From positions 5,001-69,000 of the forward strand of contig SCSM01000010.1 in NCBI GenBank assembly GCA_004322215.1: 64,000 nucleotides of DNA, read 5' to 3'. A program made the position numbers and the translations under genes. The notes beneath the pieces are model-generated. The model ran no database searches. It was not told the origin of the DNA and was given only the letters and a program-made list of their open reading frames with translations. Positions 40,201 through 47,639 of this stretch are shown here, piece by piece (the first letter of the stretch is position 1; every line of letters starts with the position of its first letter). Source of the DNA: Bacteroidota bacterium. GTDB taxonomy: Bacteria > Bacteroidota > Ignavibacteria > Kapaibacteriales > UBA2268.

Positions 40201-40705
40201 AGATATTGATGGTGCTGTTGTTATAACAGTTGATAAGGATGAGAAAGTTAGGAAGTACAATTTGACTAATTCAATTGGAGTATATTCTCTCGACTCGCTT
40301 GAGAACGGTGATTATAATGTCAGCATAGATAAATTCGGATATGGGAACTATTCTTACGATATTACAATAGATGATAATAATCAAACTCATAGTGGCGATG
40401 CAGAGCTCGTTGTTGAGCTCCCGGTTGGAGTCAAAGATAATTTATCCGACTTGGCAAAATTGATAAAAATCTATCCGAATCCTGCTGATGGAATTTTTCA
40501 GCTTCAAAGCGACTACGACTTGAGTAATAGTCGAATATCAGCATTTAACTTATTCGGGCAATCAATCAATTTGGAAAAGTATATGTCCATCATCAATACG
40601 AATTCATTAAAAATTAAATTGGATAATGTTGCACAAGGTTTATATTTTATTAAAATTGATTTAAACGGGAAATCAATCATCAAAACAGTATTAATTATAA
40701 AATAA
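37286..40705 (+). CDS. Large modular T9SS cargo protein (Ig/cadherin-like modules alternating with carboxypeptidase-regulatory-like beta-sandwiches)
   Basis: The ORF is 1139 aa with a signal peptide. There are three paralogous modules (...ELRY.L...P..M.I.P..G...W.PS..G.Y.V..KAYL....NS.......KVRSC.N.T.I.G.V.D..GN.I..G...). Further G.V.DE..G.P-type beta-sandwich units follow. The Por-type tail covers the last 80 aa (40463-40702: IYPNPADGIFQLQS...GLYFIKIDLNGKSIIKTVLIIK). Confidence 0.6.
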   Translation: MKKLIPFIFLCIVGFISIETAVYSQGTPFPPIFQNITLEGAGSYTQFKFDWSMHPSDTSRITKFKIYKANIFTNNYVLLTYWQTVNRYGTDTAWTVNVNPLFVNNYTFYITSIRKEGVIEIESMHSNLLQARFKQGHVDVVFTTLPPSIGSVGSLYQYNANAYSPDPATINYVLKNGPQAMLVESLTGLVTWLPVNTGRYNIRLNAFLNFNPIGIAEKGDKDGTLSKNILIDTSNCEVDQNWLLLVKSCNEPTYFSGSVTDENGDTMRNGIVTAYSVNNLDIDSVYYGIIGNDGHYSVEVLEGAYKLSAEGGSFQKEWNHNKATFNEADSTIANCGRTMTLNWTVTRNAPDTITFAYEPITDELVGNEYIYNGVAMSSSGRELRYSLSTAPQGMIIDPLTGLVHWTPSAIGRYYVSIKAYLLDDSLNSYAFKNFYIKVRSCINGTFIKGNVLDTAGNAINQGNISVHSDSGIDSAGVYFGTLNPDGTYFINIDEGNSKIYLEGESIFSQWYDNKLTQDSAYSVACPCGDTTEVNLLAYRIPPLTLSITSTPSNSTVVGSIYNYNPVVTGNNERELRYILINSPSDMTINPQKGEINWSPSIVGGYKVTLKAYLYTDSANSFVIQEWWLKVRSCTNNTYISGIVKDDKNNLIPNGTVKIIDETGIDSLGYYIGYIKEGAYRVLVDEGKCKVYVEGPTFKSQWYENADSENNALVITVPCGTNTSADFTVNLFKDYTVSGKVTDESTGNPIENASLYFKSSDTMDSTTTNQSGDYSIRLNEQNSYIAWAKVPQNPLYITQYYNLTGNITEATPVEFSGNIGNINFALKMAPVADNRMFGEVRSENGEPVKSIVLNFTVFPRDTSIASMFDARTYITGIDGTFEFPDLAEGDYLLLAIPIPDGNVPGYFKKDTLAVHSWLDASVIKIISGEASGPHTITLPYIYPTSGSGKISGIVTGDQLPAFLKNDDSPLAKEDIDGAVVITVDKDEKVRKYNLTNSIGVYSLDSLENGDYNVSIDKFGYGNYSYDITIDDNNQTHSGDAELVVELPVGVKDNLSDLAKLIKIYPNPADGIFQLQSDYDLSNSRISAFNLFGQSINLEKYMSIINTNSLKIKLDNVAQGLYFIKIDLNGKSIIKTVLIIK

Positions 40706-40956
40706 ATCTGTTATTTACAGATAGCCAATTAAAAATATGTAAAATTTAATCCCGAATAAAATTCCGGGTAATAATCTCGAATTGTAAAATTCTTTTCCAA
40801 TAAGCTAATTCTATTCTGGGAATGACTAAAGAATAATTTAAATCAGGACCCATTTAAACCATCAAACTATCGGTCAAAAAATCGCCATCTAAATAAAACT
40901 GAAAATTTTTCTGTGTATATTTGTTGATGTATTTGATAAATAATATTTTTTAGTTA

Positions 40957-43900
40957 ATGAGGAAAATTGCATTACTAATATTACTTTTGAGCATTATCAA
41001 TATATTTTCTCTTGAGTCATGCTTCGGTCAGGATTGGAAAAAATATATTGATAGTTTAGACTTTTATTATAATAAGAATGATTTTCAAAATGCTGTACCA
41101 TTTATTGAAAAAGGATTGTTTAGTATTCAATCCGGAATAGAAAAAAAAGATTCTATTTATATACAAACATTAGAAAAATCAATAGACATATATCTTAATC
41201 TCGATGATTATGAAATGTCGCTTAAACTCGCTAAGGAAGACAGTTCGATAACTTCAGAATTATATGGTAAAATAAGCGAACAACATGCTAAATCCGTTAC
41301 ATTGCTTGCTATAACTTATAAATCTATTCGTAATTACAAGGAAGCAGAACTTTCTTATAGGGAAGCACTAAGTATAAAAAGAAAAATAAATAAGCAAGAT
41401 GACTCGGCTTTTGCTGCATTTTTAAGTCATACAGCAGAATTTTTCGATGATATTAACAAGACCGAATATGCCGAGAAACTGAATAAAGAAGCCCTGGATA
41501 TGAGAATCCGGCTATTCAAAAATGACCATGCCGATATAGCCGATAGTTACGTTAACGAAGCACTTTATCTCAAGAAACAGGGTAAATATGAAGAAGCAGA
41601 GCCATATTATAATGAAGCATTGAAAATTTACCGAAAATTAAATCATCCGGATTTACCTCTCTGTTTGACAAATTTAGCAGTATTATACAAAGATATGGGC
41701 AGATACCAGGACGCTGAAAATTTATATAAAGAAGCTTTGGATATCAGGAGAAAAATATATAATAAACCTAACCTTTCCCTGGCAAACAGCATCAACAATA
41801 TGGCAAGGATTTACAGGTTGACAGGTAAATACCAGCAAGCAGAAACACTATTTATGGAAGCTCTCGGTTTGTACAAGCAATTGGTAAAAGGAGACCACCC
41901 TATACTGGCTTTGCTTATGAACAACATTGCCGAGTTCTATACATCAATCGGGAAGTTCAGCATTGCTGAAAATTATTACAAAGAATCGTTGCAGATATAC
42001 AGGAATCTATATAAAAATGATAATCCCGAATTATCAAACATGCTGAATAATCTCGGTTCATTTTATCTTGAAATGGGGAGATATTCTGAAGCCGAGCAAC
42101 TATGCCGCGAAGCGTTGAGCATGAACAGACGTCTCTATGCCGAAGTACATCCTAACCTAGCAAAATCAATCAGCAATATGGCAAGATGCTGCCGTTTGCA
42201 AGGCAAATATGCCGAAGCAGAGCCACTATACAGGGAGGCAATGACAATGGCAAGGAAAATTTATTCTGAAGATAATCCCGAACTTGCAAACTTCATCAGC
42301 GCTGCTGCTTCGTTTTATAATATTAAGGGTATGTCGAACCAGGCGGGTCCACTTTATGAGGAAGCTCTTCGCATTCAGAGGAAAATTTTCAAAAATGACA
42401 ACTCTGAATTAGCTAACACAATAAGCAATATCGCTAATTTTTACGACGAACAAGGCGATGCTGACAAAGCAGAGCCACTCTATATCGAAGCACTCGAAAT
42501 GAGAAAGCGGCTTTTTAAAGAAGACCACCCCGACCTCGCCATCAGCATAAGCAACCTTGCTTCTTTTTATGATGCCCGTCACAATTATGATAAAGCTGAA
42601 TCATTGTACAAATCTGCTCTCGAGATGAGAAGAAGGATTTACAAAACTGACCACCCGGACATTGCCGTGAGCATGAACAATCTTGCTTTCCATCACTTAA
42701 ATCACGGGCAACCGGAATTAGCATTGGCTTTGCTCGACAGTTCCCTTGCTATGAACAGGAGATTGTTCACGAGCCAAAGCCCGGTTCTGCTCAACAGCAT
42801 CTACAGCATGGCAAAACTTTGCGAAGACATGGGCAAACTGAATGAAGCAGAAAAACTTTATAACGAGGCATTTTCCAATATTCAAAAAATCGTTTCATCT
42901 TACTTCCCTTCATTAAGTGAAAAAGAAAAGGGACAGTTCTGGAATACGATGAAAGGATATTATGATTCCTACAATTCATTTGCCATAAAAAGCATTAAGG
43001 GCAATCCTGCTCTTAGCGGGAACATGTACGACAACCAGCTTGCCACCAAAGCATTGCTTTTCACTTCAATCAGTAAGGTTAAAAGAAGAATTTTAAATTC
43101 CCGTGATTCCTCATTAATAGAAAATTACAAACAATGGATTTCATTGAAAGAGTATCTCGTCAAATTATATACATACACAAAGGATAAACTGCTTAAAGAA
43201 AATATCAACCTGGATTCCATTGAAAATTTAGCTAATGTTCTCGAAAAGCAGATAAGCTTAAAATCAGAATTATTTTCCGAATCCTACGAGAAAAAGAAAA
43301 TAAGCTGGAAAACCATCCAGGCATTTCTTAAACCGGATGAAGCAGCTATCGAGATTATCAGGTTCAGGTACAGGGAGAAAAACTGGACTGACACAATAAT
43401 CTATGCCGCACTGATTATCACCGACCAGACAACTGAACATCCCGAAATTGTTTTGTTCGAAAACGGAAACAAGCTCGAGGGATGGCTTTACAATTTTTAC
43501 AGGGAAAACCTCAAATCTGTTCAGCATGACAAAGAATCTTTCGATTTGTTCTGGTCAAAAATTTATGATGTTACCAAAAATGTTAAAAAGATTTATTTAT
43601 CTACTGACGGAATCTACAACAAAATCAATCCTTCCACTTTTGTCGGTCCCAACGATAAATACCTTCTCGAGGAAAAGGACATACAAATCTGCAACAGTAC
43701 ACGCGACATCATCGTCAGCTATTACAGGACACAAAAAGATGTCAATTTGCTGAACAGTGCCGAGTTGTTCGGCAATCCCGATTACCTATTGACAAAAGAG
43801 AAGAAAAAGAAAATAAACGGGAAAAACCGCTCATTGAGTGATGATTTTCCACAGCTCACAATTGATTCGACTTTCGTTTTGAAATCACTTCCGGCTTCCG

Positions 43901-44526
43901 AGGACGAAATACTTAATGTAGCAAAATTCCTCCACAGCAAAAGCTGGCTCGTCCATACACACTTAAGAGAAGATGCATTGAAATCGGAAGTAAAAAATGT
44001 TTCCAATCCACGCGTTTTGCATATCGCCACTCACGGAGTATTTCTTCCCGACATTACTGCCGAGCTTGCAAACATTTTCGGATTCGAAAGCAAACGTCTC
44101 CTCGAAAATCCCCTGCTCCGTTCAGGACTGTTTTTTGCCGGTGCATCAAATATTATCACAGGTAAAAACACAGAACTAAGTGAAGAAGACAACGGTATTC
44201 TTACTTCCTACGAAGCGATGGACCTGGACCTCGACCACACAGAGCTTGTAGTACTTTCAGCTTGCGAAACCGGGCTCGGTGAAATCAAAAACGGCGAAGG
44301 TGTTTATGGACTCCAAAGGGCATTCCAAACGGCAGGAGCAAAGACAGTGCTGATGTCGCTGTGGTCTGTCGGCGACGAATCCACAAACGAGCTGATGACT
44401 ATGTTTTACAACAACTGGGTAACAGGAATGTCAAAGCGCGAGGCATTCCGCACAGCACAGCTCGCAATCTTCAACAAATACAAAATCCCATATATCTGGG
44501 GAGCATTTGTCATGGTAGGGGAATAA
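40957..44526 (+). CDS. Signal-peptide TPR-repeat protein with C-terminal CHAT (caspase-like) protease domain
   Basis: The ORF is 1189 aa. The N-terminal signal is MRKIALLILLLSIINIFSLESCFGQ. About a dozen 42-aa TPR_12-type units follow (NLA..Y...G.Y..AE.LY.EAL.I.RK). The CHAT dyad contexts are VLHIATHGVF (His1026, nt 44032-44034) and LVVLSACETGLGE (Cys1103, nt 44263-44265). Confidence 0.8.
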   Translation: MRKIALLILLLSIINIFSLESCFGQDWKKYIDSLDFYYNKNDFQNAVPFIEKGLFSIQSGIEKKDSIYIQTLEKSIDIYLNLDDYEMSLKLAKEDSSITSELYGKISEQHAKSVTLLAITYKSIRNYKEAELSYREALSIKRKINKQDDSAFAAFLSHTAEFFDDINKTEYAEKLNKEALDMRIRLFKNDHADIADSYVNEALYLKKQGKYEEAEPYYNEALKIYRKLNHPDLPLCLTNLAVLYKDMGRYQDAENLYKEALDIRRKIYNKPNLSLANSINNMARIYRLTGKYQQAETLFMEALGLYKQLVKGDHPILALLMNNIAEFYTSIGKFSIAENYYKESLQIYRNLYKNDNPELSNMLNNLGSFYLEMGRYSEAEQLCREALSMNRRLYAEVHPNLAKSISNMARCCRLQGKYAEAEPLYREAMTMARKIYSEDNPELANFISAAASFYNIKGMSNQAGPLYEEALRIQRKIFKNDNSELANTISNIANFYDEQGDADKAEPLYIEALEMRKRLFKEDHPDLAISISNLASFYDARHNYDKAESLYKSALEMRRRIYKTDHPDIAVSMNNLAFHHLNHGQPELALALLDSSLAMNRRLFTSQSPVLLNSIYSMAKLCEDMGKLNEAEKLYNEAFSNIQKIVSSYFPSLSEKEKGQFWNTMKGYYDSYNSFAIKSIKGNPALSGNMYDNQLATKALLFTSISKVKRRILNSRDSSLIENYKQWISLKEYLVKLYTYTKDKLLKENINLDSIENLANVLEKQISLKSELFSESYEKKKISWKTIQAFLKPDEAAIEIIRFRYREKNWTDTIIYAALIITDQTTEHPEIVLFENGNKLEGWLYNFYRENLKSVQHDKESFDLFWSKIYDVTKNVKKIYLSTDGIYNKINPSTFVGPNDKYLLEEKDIQICNSTRDIIVSYYRTQKDVNLLNSAELFGNPDYLLTKEKKKKINGKNRSLSDDFPQLTIDSTFVLKSLPASEDEILNVAKFLHSKSWLVHTHLREDALKSEVKNVSNPRVLHIATHGVFLPDITAELANIFGFESKRLLENPLLRSGLFFAGASNIITGKNTELSEEDNGILTSYEAMDLDLDHTELVVLSACETGLGEIKNGEGVYGLQRAFQTAGAKTVLMSLWSVGDESTNELMTMFYNNWVTGMSKREAFRTAQLAIFNKYKIPYIWGAFVMVGE

Positions 44527-44720
44527 TTCACAATTCATAATTCATAATTAAGAATGAAAGCTGTCACACTGAGCCAGTCGAAGCATTAATTACCCCTCTT
44601 GAGAGGGGATTAAGGGGTGTGTACTTATCAAATCAAAAATCGTTAATACTTGTTCTTAATTTTATTCACCCTTACTCGGGGAAAGGTAGGTGTAGAAACT
44701 TTTGTCTTTCCCATATTTTC
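44527..44720. repeat. Partial mosaic intergenic element, copy C
   Basis: It starts right after the CHAT stop with TTCACAATTCATAATTCATAATT; compare AATTAATAATTCACAATT after the porin stop at 4527. It contains the perfect hairpin CCCCTC-TTGA-GAGGGG (44593-44608). A ~34-nt module AAATCAAAAATCGTTAATACTTGTTCTTAAT (44629-44662) recurs at 4639-4670. Confidence 0.5.
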
Positions 44721-44893
44721 TCCTTAAATTAATCTAAAATTAACATAAACATTCAATAAAACTTTTAGTTACAATACAGGAAGTGTACTATTTAATAGAT
44801 GTCAGTGTTGCCAAGAAAAAAAATAAAATAAAATAAAATATCTTTTATAAAATTGAAAAATAATAATTTAATAACATTTAAAATTAGGCTCAT

Positions 44894-45283
44894 ATGTATT
44901 TAAATTATAAAGAAAAGAAAACCGATGGAACGTTTGGTGCAGAAATATCTTATAAGATAGTTTATAATGAAACATTTATTCTACCATCAAATTCAAATTT
45001 AGATCTTCAAATAAAAATTGATGGGATAAATTTGAATTTTCAAATACAATTAGAAGATACAGGTGTAGATAAACCATATGTAAATTGGACTACAAAAGAT
45101 ATAATTAATAATGATTCAACTTTTTATATACATTTAACAGGTTGGAGAAATAGCATTGGTGCAGTTATGCCAGTACCAGCAAAAGTAGGAAATATTAATG
45201 GGAAATCTATATATTTTTATTTTTGCAGTCATTTCATTGCTAATTCAAATTTGATAACATTTCAAATTATGCAAGGAATTTAA
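44894..45283 (+). CDS. Hypothetical small soluble protein (orf129), first gene of the AIPR islet operon
   Basis: The 129-aa ORF has beta-strand-like alternation and no TM segment. I recognise no motif. Its stop is immediately followed by the next ATG. Confidence 0.45.
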   Translation: MYLNYKEKKTDGTFGAEISYKIVYNETFILPSNSNLDLQIKIDGINLNFQIQLEDTGVDKPYVNWTTKDIINNDSTFYIHLTGWRNSIGAVMPVPAKVGNINGKSIYFYFCSHFIANSNLITFQIMQGI

Positions 45284-45730
45284 ATGAATAAAGATAAGGA
45301 AGAGGAACTAGCTAAACAAAATAATGCTGAAGGAATTCAAACTACCGAAGCAGATTATACTAATTTAAAAAATAAATATGATAAACTATTTAATGAACTA
45401 AATATCAAAGTAGAAAAAATTACCTCCGATATAGAACAAGAAAGAAAAAGAATAATTGAGATTTTAGCTTTTTTTACAGCAGCTATGGCATTCATTTTAT
45501 CTACTATAAATATAAGCCAACAGTTCAGTTTTAATGATGCTTTATTTTTATTATTTTCTATGGGATTTATTCTTTCATGTTTTTTATTAGCTGGTCATTA
45601 TATATTTAATAAAACAATTTTAAATATTTCTAAAGCAAATTGGTTTTGTTATTTTATTTATTTAATTGCAATTCTTGGAATATATTTAGGATTCTTAATA
45701 TTAATGACTTATTTACATAAAAATTTATAA
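45284..45730 (+). CDS. Hypothetical membrane protein (orf148): charged coiled-coil N-terminus plus three TM helices
   Basis: Residues 1-55 are K/E-rich (DYTNLKNKYDKLFNELNIKVEKITSDIEQERKR). Three hydrophobic segments follow: IIEILAFFTAAMAFILSTINI, ALFLLFSMGFILSCFLLAGHYIF and WFCYFIYLIAILGIYLGFLILMTYL. Confidence 0.5.
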   Translation: MNKDKEEELAKQNNAEGIQTTEADYTNLKNKYDKLFNELNIKVEKITSDIEQERKRIIEILAFFTAAMAFILSTINISQQFSFNDALFLLFSMGFILSCFLLAGHYIFNKTILNISKANWFCYFIYLIAILGIYLGFLILMTYLHKNL

Positions 45731-45742
45731 TATTTATAATTC

Positions 45743-45862
45743 ATGATAAATCATTCTATCAAACCAGAAAAAGGAAAAGCATGGCATATATACATGCACC
45801 CTTATTTCACAAAACAAGCTTCTAATGTAGTTAGAGAATATCTTAAAAAATTAATAAAATAA
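45743..45862 (+). CDS. 39-codon ORF, possibly a fragment of a DNA methyltransferase-like gene
   Basis: The ORF is not in the track. Its translation is MINHSIKPEKGKAWHIYMHPYFTKQASNVVREYLKKLIK*. It sits 12 nt after orf148 and 9 nt before the AIPR ATG. It could be spurious. Confidence 0.2.
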   Translation: MINHSIKPEKGKAWHIYMHPYFTKQASNVVREYLKKLIK

Positions 45863-45871
45863 GGTGATTCG

Positions 45872-47548
45872 ATGCCAAATAGTACAAAAATAATACTTAT
45901 TGAAGTATTGAGACAGAAAAAGGTTGAATTAGCACCAGATCTAACAGATGATGAATTTTTTGGACTTTTTTCTTGCGAGCAAATTTTAAAGGATTATGAT
46001 ATATCATATGACCAAATTAAAAGTGGTATTGTTGACGGCGGGGGAGATGGAGGAATAGATGCTGTATATACTTTTATTAATGGGGAACTTTTAGAAGAGG
46101 ATACTGAGTACTTGTACTTAAAGAAAGAAATAAACATCGATTTATTTATCATTCAATCAAAGAATCAAGAATCATATAAAGAAGAAGCAATTAATAAATT
46201 ACATGCTTCAGCCATTGATTTATTTGATTTATCTAAAGAATTAGATACATTAAAAAGCACTTATAATTCTGAGCTATTATTTAAAATAGATTTATTTAGA
46301 ACAGCATTTCTTACTTTGGCTTCTAAATTTCCAAAACTTAATATTTATTATTATTATTCTACATTAGGTGATAAACCAGATCAAAAAGTTGAAAGGAAAG
46401 TAAGTGTATTAGAAAAAGTTATTAAAAGTGGATTTTCAGATTGTAATTTTATATTTACCTTTTTAAATTCAGATACTCTTTTACTATTAGCAAGAAAACA
46501 ACCTGTTATTACTAAATCATTAAATATTGAGGAAACACCTATATCAACAAAAGATGGTGGTTTTATAGTTTTGGTTAATCTATTCAATTATTATAAATTT
46601 ATTGTTGATGATAATGATAAAATATTAAAATCTATTTTTGATGCTAATGTAAGGGATTATCAAGGTAAGGTTGAAGTTAATAAAGCAATAAAAGATAGTT
46701 TACAAAATAATTTCAATGAAGATTTTTGGTGGTTAAATAACGGTGTAACAATTACATCAAATAAAACTGTTTTATCAGGTAAAGCCCTTCAAATTGAAGA
46801 ACCTCAAATTGTTAATGGATTACAGACTTCTTATGAGATATATAATTATTTTCACTCTGAAATTTCTAATAAAGCTGATAGAAAAATATTGATTCGTATT
46901 TTAAAACCCGAGAATGAAACAAGTAGATTAAAAATAATTAAAGCTACGAATAGCCAAACAAATATTCCAATCGCTTCATTAAGAGCCACTGATGAAATTC
47001 ATTTAAATATTGAGGATTATTTTCTTTCAAAAGGATTTTTCTATGATAGAAGAAAAAATTACTATAAAAACTTAGAAAAACCCATTGACAAAATAATTAG
47101 TATACCATATTTAGCTCAGATAATGACTGCAATTTTACTAAAGGAACCAGATTATTCGAGAGCACGGCCATCTTCATTAATAAAAAGTGAGGAAAAATAT
47201 AAAATGATTTTTGATAATTCAATAAGTCCAGAATTATATCTAAAATCAGTTATTTTACAAAAGCGAGTCGAATCAATTTTAAAAAATTTCCAACCTTTAT
47301 TAACAAAAAACGAAATTGGTGATTTGAAATTTCATTTGACAATGTCAATAATTATTAAATATTTAAAGAAAACAAATTATACAATTAAGGATTTCAGTAA
47401 TATTAATATTGAAAGCATTTCAGACAGTGACATAAAAGATGTTCTTAATATTTTAAAACAAATTTATCTAGATTTAGGAAATACTAACAAGGTAGCTAAA
47501 AGTCCAGAATTTGTAAAAAAAATTATTGAAACACTAATTAATATATAA
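45872..47548 (+). CDS. AIPR (abortive infection phage resistance) family protein with Mrr-like PD-QxK N-terminal module
   Basis: The ORF is 558 aa. The N-terminus reads VDGGGDGGIDAVY...INIDLFIIQSK (nt 46034-46162). The central region FWWLNNGVTITS...IEEPQIVNGLQTS...IKATNSQTN matches my memory of the AIPR core (NNGITI / NG.QT). Confidence 0.65.
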   Translation: MPNSTKIILIEVLRQKKVELAPDLTDDEFFGLFSCEQILKDYDISYDQIKSGIVDGGGDGGIDAVYTFINGELLEEDTEYLYLKKEINIDLFIIQSKNQESYKEEAINKLHASAIDLFDLSKELDTLKSTYNSELLFKIDLFRTAFLTLASKFPKLNIYYYYSTLGDKPDQKVERKVSVLEKVIKSGFSDCNFIFTFLNSDTLLLLARKQPVITKSLNIEETPISTKDGGFIVLVNLFNYYKFIVDDNDKILKSIFDANVRDYQGKVEVNKAIKDSLQNNFNEDFWWLNNGVTITSNKTVLSGKALQIEEPQIVNGLQTSYEIYNYFHSEISNKADRKILIRILKPENETSRLKIIKATNSQTNIPIASLRATDEIHLNIEDYFLSKGFFYDRRKNYYKNLEKPIDKIISIPYLAQIMTAILLKEPDYSRARPSSLIKSEEKYKMIFDNSISPELYLKSVILQKRVESILKNFQPLLTKNEIGDLKFHLTMSIIIKYLKKTNYTIKDFSNINIESISDSDIKDVLNILKQIYLDLGNTNKVAKSPEFVKKIIETLINI

Positions 47549-47639
47549 ATTTACAATAACCTGTAAGAAATTATATAAGCTCTATAACAAAGAGTAAATA
47601 GTTACTGATAAAATTCCATCAACTATAATTTTAGTAATA

